A DNA stretch of 64,000 bases from Bigelowiella natans CCMP2755. Its lineage: Eukaryota > Protista > Cercozoa. Positions within the stretch are counted from its first letter, which is position 1, and the number at the start of each line of letters is the position of its first letter. This document shows positions 26,004 through 38,589 of the stretch, in pieces. The translations under genes and the position numbers were made by a program. The stretch is taken from contig ADNK01001780.1 in NCBI GenBank assembly GCA_000320545.1, forward strand, positions 20,440 through 84,439, given 5' to 3'. The notes under the pieces were generated by a model. It was not told the DNA's origin. It did not search any database and saw only the letters and a list, made by a program, of their open reading frames with translations.

Positions 26004-27134
26004 GAGAGCAATAGGTAGAGGCAACGCAGCTACTTGGCTGACATACCCAATACCAATTTCAACGCTAACACGAAGCCAAATCCACCTGAAGGCATTGTAA
26101 AACCTGAGAAGCCGACTCGCAAAGGAATTTCAACGCTCACAATAAAGTTATGGATGTAGAACAGAACGGGATGATCCCCGAAATAACCTCGAGACTATTC
26201 GATAATTCTTTTTTCTAATGGATCATATCACTCAAACATCGTGAGGTGGATAAGAGGGCCAGTGAAAGATTTTCAGATGTTTTTTGCCAGTGCCCGTCAT
26301 TCAGAAGTCTCCTTCTTATATGGTGTTGTCTCGGGTATCTCGTAGTAGTATCTTCTTCATTCATGATGTTGGAATGGTGTTGGAATAATGGTTTATTGTA
26401 TCTAGTGTCTCCTAGTATTTATGAGCTGCACTTACGATAACCCGGAATATCCTTCAAAGGTGTCATGGAATCAAAACTAAGTGTGCATTTTTGTAATTGG
26501 CTGCACTGTTACCAGCCCAACAAGTATCATATTGTTTGTAAATAAAACCTACCAACTTCCAACTCCTAATGTTCTGTACTGTGGTAATCACGCGCCAGCA
26601 TTGACCATCCATGCCTATGAATGCGTACTCTATGCAAGTACTGCGCTCCTTAGCAAACCATTCGACTTAGAAAGGCTTTGTGTGATGCAATGCTGGTGAG
26701 TGATGGCCGACTAGATTTTATTGACCAAGCCGGTTTCCGTGCCGTGAAGCAACACTGGCGCATGCACGCTGCGCGCATGCATCGTCAGTGTGTGTGTACA
26801 TCATTATATATCTTATTTACTGATGCTATGCCATCGGCGATCGGAAATTTACAAGGCTGAGAGTAGCTACCGCACTACTGATTAATCAACGTACTAAACA
26901 GCTGAACATAATGTATTTGTGTGTGTGCATGTACACTCACATAAAGCTATGGACAAAAGTGCGATATTATAATATATATATGAGATATTAGGGTTGAATC
27001 TCGCTATAGACTTGAATGATATATGACTTTTATGATCCATTTTGTAACAACTCAAGATCGAGGCTAGCATTTTATTTTATTGTATGACATTCGGCGTGAA
27101 GCACAGCTAAGAGATGCCCCATCAATCGCATAAG

Positions 27135-27875
27135 CTATCTTGACTTCCAGAGTCCCCCATATTTGTAGTATGGATGGTCAGCATCGCCATCTACAATACC
27201 TCCACTGACCGTCTTCCAGCATTTTCCACAAACAAGATTCCATTTGCGTGACTATCAATCGTTTCCATCACATTTTCAGTTAGCTATAGTTTTACAATTT
27301 TGATTATCTCGTACGCACCCCTCTCGGATTCATAAATCTTCTTTAACAATTTGCGAAAATTTGCGGTTAGGATCCCATAAAAATAATATAAGTGTGACTA
27401 TAACTAACGATAATACCTGATCAATCTGACATCGTATCAAAAGCTGAACATCTTTTCCACACAGATCACACTTTTTGGTGGTAACTCGTTTCCCTTCCCT
27501 TTTAGCTTTCCTGGGTTATAAATGTTTTAGACTGAGCTTTCAGTCAAAGCAAACATACTCATCTTAGAAATGAAATTTATATTGACAGACGACCTCTGCT
27601 GCTTCATCAGCCTCGCTTCTTGCTTTCTCCTATTGTATTGGGAAAGGGGAAAGATTAGTTACTGGAGAGCTCGAAGTTCGGTTACACATGCCTTTCTCTC
27701 TCAGCTTTTTTGTTGGGGCGCGTTTTTTTCCTGCATGCGTCTTGTTCAAATGTCGATTCTTGCGCGGCAGTGCATGGATTTTCTTCGCTGCCGATTCCAA
27801 TTGGTTTGTTGTCCCGTCCACCACTCTCTGCCGACGCTGACGACGCGCAATGATCAGCGGTGGGACTTCCGGCAT
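27135..27875 (-). CDS. Small basic protein with a C-terminal double-CxxC domain; multi-exon, 5' end approximate
   Basis: Spliced ...RKQEARLMKQQR|KAKREGKRVTTKKCDLCGKDVQLLIRCQIDQ|SRKWNLVCGKCWKTVSGGIVDGDADHPYYKYGGLWKSR*. From memory this matches a conserved uncharacterised fungal/algal domain that is often found C-terminal to DUF2256. Confidence 0.75.
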
Positions 27876-28086
27876 TCATTTTACCTCTGAACGTGTGAGA
27901 AAATTTAGATATCTGTAACAAACGATGGACACATGCAAGTAGAAGTTAGCCTACATCTCTTTCTTCGCCCCGAAAGCTCGAACCGCAGTGCGTAAGGCGA
28001 TCCGCGAACTACCGCTGCTGCTGCCTACAGATGAAAGCAAAAAAAAGATTCCCAAGCCGAGATTTCGGGTAACACTCCAACGACGA

Positions 28087-29068
28087 TGGGCCAAAATAAC
28101 CCCCAGGGTAGCTGGACGCATGCACTAGCTCAGGACGTTCATTTGAAGGTAAGTAGGCAGGAGGCGACGTGTGGCAGAGGCTACCTCCGAAGAAGATGAC
28201 CTTGTTCTCCCGAGTTGGTTACTGCGACAAGAGGTGCATCACGACGCGGTGTAAAAAGGAACGCGATATATCTGATCGCCTATCATGTGGCCTCAAACTA
28301 AGACATTTCTACGACGTGTTCCGATGGCCATTTCCGAGGTACGGATGAAATATTGGACAAAATTCGACAGCAAAGGAAGGCTTTTTGTGAGACTCTGAAC
28401 TACAGCACGCGACGAAATACCAGCATTATGTCAAACTGGATCGACAAAAAAAAATCGGATTAACATTCTTGCATAAAATTACAAGGGAATTTTACTCTAC
28501 GACATCATTTGATGTCCTTTCGAGCTAATGAGTACGATCAACAGGTCTGGAGGCGCACAGCTCACACATGGGCACAGATCATCAGGGGAGTTTCAATCCA
28601 ATCTCTCGGAAAAATGATGGCAACATCCAGGACATTGATTTCACGTATCGTTGTCCAACAGGCATCACGACTATGGAACGCGGGTTTGACAAGCAAAAGG
28701 AGTTCTGGCGTGAACTCGTTCCTCTTCCAACAAACTGGTCAAGTGTTGTGCGACCTGCTTGCAGCGCGGAGCGTTCGAGCAAGCTCACTATCATCACAGT
28801 TCGGCACGACAATGTCCAAAACAGCAATTTGGTGCTAGCATCACTCGCGCAGCGTGCTAGTGTGGTCGACCAGCCAGTGAAAACGTGTTTGCTCAACATT
28901 TCATGCTGTGTGCGTGACTGCAATCTGGCTAGCTCTAGAGCTGGCCTAGACTACTATTCAATGTCGATCTTCACATCTTGCAGAACTTGGCATGGTTTCT
29001 ACGTAGCTACGCATCATAGTGTTTTCTGCCTGGTCGAACATTGCAGCTCATTTGGAAATGTGGATTGA
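28087..29068 (+). other. Candidate unidentified coding region
   Basis: A strong donor (AAG|gtaagt) near 28150 and overlapping open frames at 28509-28838 and 28568-29068 (...IQDIDFTYRCPTGITTMERGFDKQKEFWRELVPLP...). No family recognised and the frame is undecided. Confidence 0.3.
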
Positions 29069-29305
29069 GTTCAAATCCTCTCGTCCTCTAGAGCGTGCAC
29101 CATCGCTCTACACCAATCGCCAGTCCGCGCACAAACAATGCATTGAGTATGTGCATTGACACGTTACGTACTATGTGTGCGCGTAAAAAGTTGTATTTGA
29201 TGTCATCGTTAACCATATAATAAATTTCGGGGGAAGTTGGCAGCAAAATATGCAAATACATGTACCAAATGAGACGTTATTGACCCAGCCTATCTAGCAG
29301 CGACG

Positions 29306-31016
29306 CTACTCCGGTGCGAGAGTTTCTTGGATGAAGCTCGAAGCTACGGACGCTAGTAAAATTGCCACCTGGCAAAGGGAGTGCAAGATGAAATATTAGA
29401 GGGCGATGAAACGGTGTGAAGGTATGGCTAGGACATAAGGTATTGACCTTCTCGTCAGTCTCATTGAAGGCTTCATACCCTATTCCAGCTACGGATTTGT
29501 TTGCGAACTGGCAATGGGAGAAAGAGAAGACGATGCGTTATCAGTCGACGGAGGGCTAGATGATGATGTGCTCCACCATATTTGAGAAGCACCCTTGAAT
29601 GCGTGCATGGTGAGAAACGAAAATGATGTACGCTGACCTCTATGAGCCCTATCACTCGCTTAGGATCTTCAACGACGACAGGAACCAGCAGCACGCTGAA
29701 CGTATCGTACCTGCAGACAAATGAGGTGAGGTTGGAGGAGGAGAAGGAGGAGGAAGGCGCCCGTCATCACGACATAATGGCTTGCTTGTGCGACACGTTA
29801 ATCACTGGTCTGCTAAATTATTATCGTTGTTTTCACTGGCAGTCGAGGTGGTGGTGATGGTGGTGGTGATGGTGGTGGTGATAATGCTGCTGCTGCTGGG
29901 TAATTTTCATCTCATTACTACCCCGTGTACATATCGAAGTTCCTGGTCGAACCGCCTTCTTTCTGTGAATGCGTAATGATGGCAAAGTGCTTCATGGTCA
30001 GAAAAAGTTATAGCAACGAAGTTTCTTCTCATCAGTATTAATGCAAATTATGGTAATGGTTGTGGTGGAGACGGTGGTAATGACGATGAACATTCAGGTC
30101 GAGCTGCTGGTGTTCCTTTAAATTCTTGGGTGATGGAAATTGCACGGAGAAAGGAGAGAAAATGAAGAATAAATGGTCCTTCCCTTACTTGGAAATTCCT
30201 CTTGTAGCTGCTAGCAACGAACGAGTTGCGAATATTAACCACTTTTCCTGTCGTCAAAACCTAGAAGCGTTCATTATGGGAATAAGCTGAAAAGAACATC
30301 TCAACCGCGACTTCATACAACCGTTTCTCATCATGTAAAGAAGCAAAACGGTCTAATAAAATCTCTTACGGTGTGCTTAGCGCCGCCCTTTCGAATGGGA
30401 ATTTTCCTAGAATCAAAACAATGGATGTGTGGGTGTGCGCAAGCTTGCAAGGTATACGACAAAATACGTCGGAAGTGAATTAGACGAAAAGAGCAAGATG
30501 TTTCATGTTGTTTTGCATGCGAAAGGAAATAGCATGGGCTGGAGACATGCTCAGACCTATTTTTTTTAAGGATGAAGCGAATCAATTCGCTGAATTCCTC
30601 AAAGCAAATGTCCGACTCTAAAGGATAGAGAAACGATCATATGATGCTAGGATGGGAGGAGGAGGCGGAGGAGGAAACTGTTATCAACATACTTAACAAT
30701 GACCCCCTTCTCACACCAAAATCTCACTGCGGAAAGAGCACGGAGCGCGGTAGTAAAAGTGCCAAAAAGGAAGAGAAGACCGTTGAAGACTGTACAGAAT
30801 AATAGGCATTCAGCTACCTTTAGGGTTTTCTTTGCCGTCCTCCTCATTCTTGCTGTTGCGGTTGCTGTTAATGCTGCCATGGCTCCTCATATGGCGCACC
30901 TGTCGCCAGAGGTCCTCTTCGTCAATATTCCATCCGAGCTTTTCGAAAGCGTGGTGCAGATTCTCTGCGTTTAACGTGTTAGAATGGTCGTCGTCGTAGC
31001 GGTCAAACACGCGTCT

Positions 31017-31065
<49 letters not shown>

Positions 31066-31230
31066 CAAAGCAAAATTCGTTTTAAAACTCATCACAACAA
31101 GGGTGGTAGAAGACATGGAGTTAGCAGCAGCAGCAGCAGCAGCAGCTCCTCTGAGATCCAGAGAAGCCCCGGCAGCTGCGGCCAGGCAACAAGCCAAGTT
31201 CGCAGCATCAGCACCAACACTCTCATTACC

Positions 31231-31271
<41 letters not shown>

Positions 31272-31969
31272 CGAAGTCGTTCGCGGGACGGTATTTCTCC
31301 GCGAAAGGCCCGTGAGGTTAAGTGCTCTCCGTCGTCGGTTACTAGCCATAAGTTACACCTCTGTGCGCCTAGGATCCTCCTCCCGTCACGGACAAGTGTG
31401 TCGAAGAGGCTTCGATGTCAAGGGGGGGGGGGGGGGGGGGAGGGAGGCAAGCAATGAGCAGGAGGAGCAGAAGAAGGATTGGAGTTCTAATCGTTGGACT
31501 TCCATTCTTCCTACAAGGCGATAACTAGTACTGTAATCGATCTGTCTATTGTACCCTCCAAGTCTCTTCGCCTTCTTCTGACGCTCCGCCTATTTATGAC
31601 GTAGCAAGAATCATCATCTCCATCATGGGTAGCAGCATAGCAGCATAGCAGCATGGAACTCCTCTATTCGCTCACATATGGCGTTCATACATAATCTCTT
31701 ATCATGGGTCAATTTATCATCCATTCCCTCTCCTCTCCCTTTGGTATTCGACTGCGCGATGTTGTTAGCAATGGTGATGCGTCTTTTTCCATGATTTCCA
31801 ATTACTTTGTCAAGGTCCATAAAGAGGAGGGACACCATTCCCAAGAAACACCCGATGACGACGCCAACGGCAGCGCACAGCTGACGAAGAGAAGGAGTGG
31901 GCAAAGGAGTGGGGAGGCGAGGGGTTGAAGCAAAGGCATTTTCTTCCGATTTTTGCGCGCGCACGCGCA

Positions 31970-32047
<78 letters not shown>

Positions 32048-32590
32048 GAGAGACAGAGATGCCCCATCACAACAATCATGGCCATAAAACATCATCAGGA
32101 CAGACGGGCTATTATTCGCTAATTATTACTGTCGAGAAAATCTTCATCCGCTTTGTGGAGAGCTGTTGCTTCGTCAACGTAGACTGTGGCAAGCCCATCT
32201 AGCACCAAAAATAAAAAAAGAAAAGAAAAAGACAGCGAAGGAAGAGGGGGGGGGGGAATGGGGTCATGTTAAATTATTTTCGTCACCATTCTTCATCAAA
32301 CCTCGTGGAAAGAAAAACAACGATACGAAATTTAGACAGAACTGCCAGCAGCAACAGAGGTAGTTGATTGAATGAAAACATGAAGAAGCACGGCTCACAG
32401 TCCCGCTGGCCACCTTCGCAGCAAATTGTTCGATGACGCCTCCGAAGCACACGCCAGACACGTCAGAGCATACCTAGCGATCGTGATATGAGCTGATGGC
32501 ATTGGTGATGATTATTGGCAGAAAGGATAGCTTTCCATTGAAATATGGGTACATGCATATTATATATGCCCCCCCACACACACTAAGATA

Positions 32591-32636
<46 letters not shown>

Positions 32637-33592
32637 TTACTTGTCCAAATGCAGCGGCAGTAAGCGTTGTGAGGCCAAATGTTACGCCTTTCAAACGAAT
32701 AGATCGGAATGGAGGGAGAGAGGGGAGGGAGGGGTTACGAGTATCCGTCGTGCATATAGCGAGCAGCAAAACAGGAAAGGGCAAGAGAGGGGATCAAAGT
32801 CCAATTGAAAAAAAAAAGGCATAAATTTTGGAAACCCATATTAGTTAATAACCTGCGGCAGTGGCATTCGTACAGAGCACGTCAAACATCTTCTCACTAC
32901 TCTATTTTTTCTCTTCAGTAGTCTCCTTCTTTTCAAATAGCTATACACACACATATACTTACTACCGATGCTGTTGTCGATTATGTCTCCTGCTTGAATC
33001 ATCACCAAATTATCCATGAATCCAAATCCGATCTGCGCGCAAATTATTTCCCGCATTGATGGTGGTTAGCTTAGCGATAGGCCGCACTAGAAAACATCCC
33101 GAGAAAGCATTTCTCGAAAGTAGATTTCTAAAACAATCCTTCCCCTCCCCCATATTAATCGAAGTGTTCCCGTCAAATCACGAACCATAGGGATGGCGCA
33201 GTTGATTCCGTGAATTCGCATTTGAGTCACAGTCGGGGCAGGGAGACTCTCTGATATGTCGACGCATTGCGATTGTCAGCATATGTGCAGCCTCGTTTTC
33301 AAGGAGAACATATAAGTGGTGTAGATTCTCGTGGAATCATTAATAACGGACTTTCTGGACATATATTATCTGTGCTCTGCGACACCACTGGCTATACTCT
33401 AAAGGTAGCTCACAGCGCTATGTCGGCTATTGGTAAGAGCACCTTCATTATTCTCCTGGGCGTTGTCACTAGTATCTGCCACCTCATTGTTCTTTGTTAC
33501 GCTGAAGGCGCGACGAGATGTAGGAGCACCAAGATAGAAGGAAACCTGCGTCAATAAACAATGGAGGTGCTGGATCTTTTGTCGTAATTGTA

Positions 33593-33636
<44 letters not shown>

Positions 33637-33876
33637 AGCGACGACGACAACGACGATGATAGTTGTTCAAGATTGGGCATGGGTCGATACTTTTGAGGAA
33701 CTGAGGGAAGAACCCAGTGATACTTCTGTATTGCCAAATACGGTGACCCGCCGCCTTGAGTTTCTTGTCATGTTCTGGGTTTTGAATAGAAAACGGGCTG
33801 AAGAATAATTACGACTGCCGTCTCCTCCTCGGCGAAGAAGGGCGCGTTTGAATCGTCCGAATCCCATTAGAATCAT
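29306..33876 (-). CDS. TMEM65: TMEM65-domain protein fused to a GAF domain containing two inserted EF-hands; probable mitochondrial presequence; multi-exon, start approximate
   Basis: TMEM65 core: PTVTQMRIHGINCAIPM|IGFGFMDNLVMIQAGDIIDNSIG|VTFGLTTLTAAAFGQ...SDVSGVCFGGVIEQFAAK...AVGVVIGCFLGMVSLLFMDLDK. GAF: LFDTLVRDGRRILGAQRCNLWLV...KIPIRKGGAKHT|VLTTGKVVNI...GYDTFSVLLVPVVVEDPKRVIGLIE|FANK...FNETDEKVAILLA. EF loops: FDRYDDDHSNTLNAENL and ESDICFEEFSELI. TAG at 29306-29308. Confidence 0.88.
31960..32045. repeat. Compound (GC/CA)n(AC)n(AG)n microsatellite in a TMEM65 intron
   Basis: Directly visible. Confidence 0.95.
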
Positions 33877-34467
33877 TGTTGGTTCTGATAATGTCTGAAG
33901 CAAGCAGCATGGACGAGGGGGGGCGGGATGTGAATTGTCTTGTATGAATATGAGTGAATATGTGTGATTTGTATGCGCATCCTGTGCATTGTGTGCTATA
34001 GCTGAAAAAAGGATTGGAAAAATGAGTCTACGCCAAGGTCTGCTCATGTAGCAGATCGACATGCTGTCTCGTTCTAGCCTTCCCTACCCCCTACACTGTT
34101 TTCACAAGTCTGAACCGGGCTCTCATGTCTGAACTACCTTAAAAAGCAGATTTCATACGGTTTTAATGCCTGGGATAGGCGGGGGGATAGGGGGCGGGGG
34201 GGGTTGAGGATGAAAGCGAGGGCAAGCACCGAGGTGCTTGTGTTCGTCTTTTTGTGAATCAAGTTTTTTACTAAATTCTGATCAATTTTAGTCCTATTTA
34301 TCAGGGGGTAACTTTGAAAATTCTGGTATACTTCTATTCCAAGGGCGCATATCCCGATCTCGGGCAAATTGTGGCAAAAGAGTTTCAGCACCATTTCGTG
34401 TGATGTTTCTACGATAGAAAGGTGACTTCTTAAGTCTAGCTAAACGGAGGGCTTTTTCGCCCAAAAA

Positions 34468-37400
34468 ATGGCGGGAACGAGGAGTAGAAAAGAGACTCCC
34501 TCAAAATCAATAAAAAGTAGGCAATCTAATATGAAAGACAAGCCTTTTTCCCTAATTTCTCGCTCGAACGGATGAACAACTCAAAAAAGCGTGCAGCGTG
34601 CCCCCCTCGGAATTAAGAGCAGTTTGGCTTTTAGAGAAACGCAGAACCTGCCCCCATGGCTAACAATGTCCCCTCGGGTCAAGTGGTAGGCTGGATGTTG
34701 GATTATGCCTGCCACCAGAACCTGTATCCCCTGATCAAAATCTGCAATTCTCTTCTCCGCGACTACAAGCATGAGTTCAAGGCTTCAGGTAGCTTGAATT
34801 AACTTTTGATAAAACGCTTCTTCCACCCACTGGCTCTTCTCCTCAAAGTCATAAATATGTTTTCAGAGAGATGTGAGCAGAATCTCCTCTTGTGCGCCTT
34901 CACAAACGTGATCCAAAACCGAGGAGACTTTGAGAGAATGGGGCCGACGGACGTCTTGGAACTCTTTCTTATGCTACTACCAGGTATGGTGGTTGAGAAG
35001 AAGGATTGGGACTAGCTACCTCATTGTCTTTCCTTCATGAATCACATAGAGCTTCCTTCCCTTCTTGGAAGCACGTAATCTTTTCATTAGGGCGTTCATT
35101 GTTTCTAAAATTTTCGTCATCCTATCAGAAAGGAAGAAGCTGAAGTACAAGAAAGTTGCCGCGAGGGTTTGTCTGGAAATAAAGAGGCAGGTTGTAATGA
35201 TCATCGGGATCCTGACAGAATCGCATCCATTCGTAGCCACAGCATGTTATTTTTTAGAACTACCTGTTATAACCCCGATGCCTCCTTTGAATAAGTGTGA
35301 CAACTAGCACCTCTACAGGTTTTTCTGGTAAGACTTTCTAGACGCTCCGCGAGCAGGGATGAAATGATTGAGCTGTTGGAGACTCTATTTCCGCTGGAGG
35401 TAGCTTAAAGCAGGCTGAAAGCATATTGCTACAAATATAGTAGTTTATTAAATCGTGTTAAATCATCCTTGAATTGAATTTTGGTCCAAATGGAAGCGTA
35501 TCGCGCAGTAGTTATATATTTATGGACATCTCAACCAAATGTACATGTAACACATCATAAAAAGGACCATCGCCAAGGGAACAAGCGAAGACGAGGAGGG
35601 CAAGATGGAGCAACAGCATTCTTCAATAAGTACCAAAAATTGATAGGAGTCGTGCCGCACAGCAGAGAACAAAAGACGAAAATGGAGTTACTTGAGTTGA
35701 TTTATCTGGCTTATGGAAGGCTATCATCGTCATTTTCGGGCAGATTTGATGTCTATATGGAAAAACATGCTTATAACCGATTCCAAAAGTTAGTCACTGC
35801 TTTTCTTAAATCCTTCATACTGCCAAGTCTCACTCCATATATTGTGGAGAGGGAGATAAAAGGTGGGTCAGTGCCATCCCCATCGTCATCACCCGGAGGA
35901 AAAGAAGAAGAGCGAGGAGAGGTAGAAACGCGAATAGGAGCAGCGAGTAAGCGAAGGAGAAATTCTGCAATGACGAAGACGACGACATCGGCATCAGTAT
36001 TCAAAGAGCAGCAGCAGCAGAAAGTGCGACGACGAGGAAGAAAGAGAAGAAAAATAGAAGAACAGGAGCAGAAGGAGGAGGAGGGAGAGGAAGAAGAAGA
36101 AGAAGATGATGATGATGATGAAGAAGAACGGAAGGAGGAGGAGGAGGAAGAAGAAGAAGAAGAAGAAGAAAGGGAGAAGAAAGTAAGCGAAGATGAGGAA
36201 TATGAACAGGAATCGGAGTATAATCCAAGTGATGATGATGATGAAGAAGAAGAAGAAGAAGACGATAATGATCTCGAGGATATGGAATATGGTATTTACC
36301 GTCGTCAAAGCAGCCGCCGCAGCAGTCGCCGAAACAGCAATCACCGTAGCTATCGCGAAAATCGTCGGTCTATTTCTCGAGCTAGGAGAGCAAATCACCA
36401 AGCTAAGAGGAGGAGGAAGGACAGACATCAGCAGCAGGAGCACAACAAAAGGAAAAAAGGCGCCAGAGAAGTGATCATGATAGACGAAGAGGAGGATGAG
36501 GAAGAAAATGAGGGGGGGAGGCAAGATACTGAAGAAGAGAAGGGCGAATACAGTGACGACGATGAGGATGAAAAGGAGGTGCGACAGATCTTGATAATAT
36601 TTCACTTTACTAAAACGAAATTACCACAATATTCAAGTCAGCGATAATTTTGATTGGTGATTTCTATCTAGCGGGGGGGGGAAGTCATCCTCACTGCTGG
36701 TGTTGTTGCTATTCTGCTATCATGCTCATGTATTTGACAAGGACAGCGTCGTCGATTCGTAGATTGAGTTGCGTGCATGTTTCAAAGGGGAATTTGGAAG
36801 TAGACACCACGAACAAGAAGGGATTTACGTAGTAGTGTGCAAAAGATGATAGATCTCGCATCTCTCTGCCCTTCCCTCTTTTGTAGGAAGATGATTCCGA
36901 TGAGGTGATATTAGCCACTTGCGATCTACGAGCCGGTGAGCTTGTTGCGGTGCCTTCAGCAGACAACGAAGCCGACACGCCATTCTGGGTGGCAAAAATC
37001 ATTAAGATTAATCAGCATGGTGCAAAGGTACCTGTCGCACGCACGCACGCGCGCGCGCGTGTGTGTGTGTGTGTGTGTGAGCTTGTGTACCTCGCGAGTA
37101 CTTCCTTCTGCATCATGCTTGTTCGAACGGAATCCTAGCATTCCTTGGAATCTGCAGCGGTTGTTGATGCCATTTTTGTTATTCATTCCTTCATTCATAT
37201 TTTGGAAATTTGTCTCGTCCACTTTCACAGGTTCAATGGTATGACTCCGACAAGGCGTTCGGCAGGTATACGCCTTGCTATAGCGACAAGAGGAAGAAGG
37301 AGCCATGGATCCAAAGGATCCCAAACCGCACCACCGTCATCACATCTGGTTTCCGCCTCAATCGCACTGGTTACCTTTCGAAAAAGACCTCAGCGACGAT

Positions 37401-37479
37401 CAAGGCCCACCGAATGGTGCGGGATTTTTACAAAATGAGTGAGGAGGAGGGGGATGGGAAAGTCAGCCAAGTCTACTAA
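34468..37479 (+). CDS. Putative chromatin protein: TRF-homology (TRFH)-like N-terminal domain, long acidic/basic linker, C-terminal Tudor/PWWP-like beta-barrel; multi-exon
   Basis: ATG 34468 (MAGTRSRKETPSK). Exons: VVGWMLDYACHQNL...|ERCEQNLLLCAFTNVIQNRGDFERMGPTDVLELFLML|...VCLEIKRQVVMII|...DEMIELLETLFPLE|...FDVYMEKHAYNRFQKLVTAFLKS. Then a poly-E/D linker, then LRAGELVAVPSADNEADTPFWVAKIIKINQHGAK|VQWYDSDKAFGRYTPC...GFRLNRTGYLSKKT. TAA at 37477-37479. The gene itself is well supported; the domain labels are by-eye. Confidence 0.7.
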
Positions 37480-38220
37480 ATGGATGCATGCGCCGACGAA
37501 GGTGGGATTGGGTTTTGTAGATTTACACATTTTTGTGAGTAATCAACTTAGCAATGGAGACTTGGCCGTAGATAACTACAAGCATCCAATAGCAGATACA
37601 CCAGCAGCATTTTTCTGTGATTATAAATTTTGCGAGAGTACCCTTGCGCGTGATATCAATGCTCAGATCACCATGGCGATCATTTTAGGATCTTACATTT
37701 AATGCATCATCATCGTTCCTCTAATCTTGAACGAATTTTGATTGCATGCGGAGCATGTATAATAGTAGGCGTATAATGCATACATTGCTGCCATAAAAGT
37801 AATTAGGCGTGGCTCTTGGCACAATGTCTAGATGCGCACTAATTCATCTAACATCTGTGCCAGTAGCAGCTCCATTAATTTCCAACATAACATAGCATGC
37901 ACATTATACTGCATGCGCTACTTAATATAGACACGAAGCATAGTTAGATTATCACGGAGTTTCATTCCATTGCTGTAGCAGCAGCATCAATAACAGCGCG
38001 CATAGTGCGGAGGGTAATGTCGCTGTTGCAATGCAAAGTAATCCAAAGTGTTGCCTTCAAATGCGCGCGACTCGCCGTCTATTTTGTTTGTCATCCCCAT
38101 AACTAGATACGATCATGCATGCAGTTAACACGGAGACGGAGACAATCATGTACGCCATGGGTGAACCTGTTGACGCGCCGTAACTTATTATTATCCTGCG
38201 TTTGCAGTACATCTGTAGCC

Positions 38221-38278
38221 TGCGACTACGCACAAAAATGTGATTAGCGTGCGACTACGCACAAAAATGTGATTAGCG
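38221..38278. repeat. Near-perfect 29-bp tandem duplication
   Basis: tgcgactacgcacaaaaatgtgattagcg occurs twice in direct tandem in the convergent spacer. Confidence 0.9.
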
Positions 38279-38589
38279 CGTGAGAGACAAAACATGCACG
38301 TACGTTGCCTTAAAAGAATATCCAGCTGCCTTGTATGGCGTTCGCCATTTTGCTAAATCTTCGCCATAAATCAACAAATTAAGCTATTTGAATACATAGG
38401 GCGCTGACTATGGCTATGATGATGTTAATGTTCAACGCAGCGACGTGTATAAAATCAAGATTGCCTCAGACCTTACACAATCATTTGCCACAACCCTATT
38501 ACTGGTAACGTATAGTCCATGTACATTGCGTGTTGTTATGGTGCTAATGGACGATCATATACGCTCTTCAGAGTGATGTTTGCTCGGTA

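Noticed and set aside
26100-26470. Possible small minus-strand gene starting MTPLKDIPGY
   Set aside because: It needs an implausible 24-nt intron and resembles nothing I recognise; it is probably 3' UTR or spacer.
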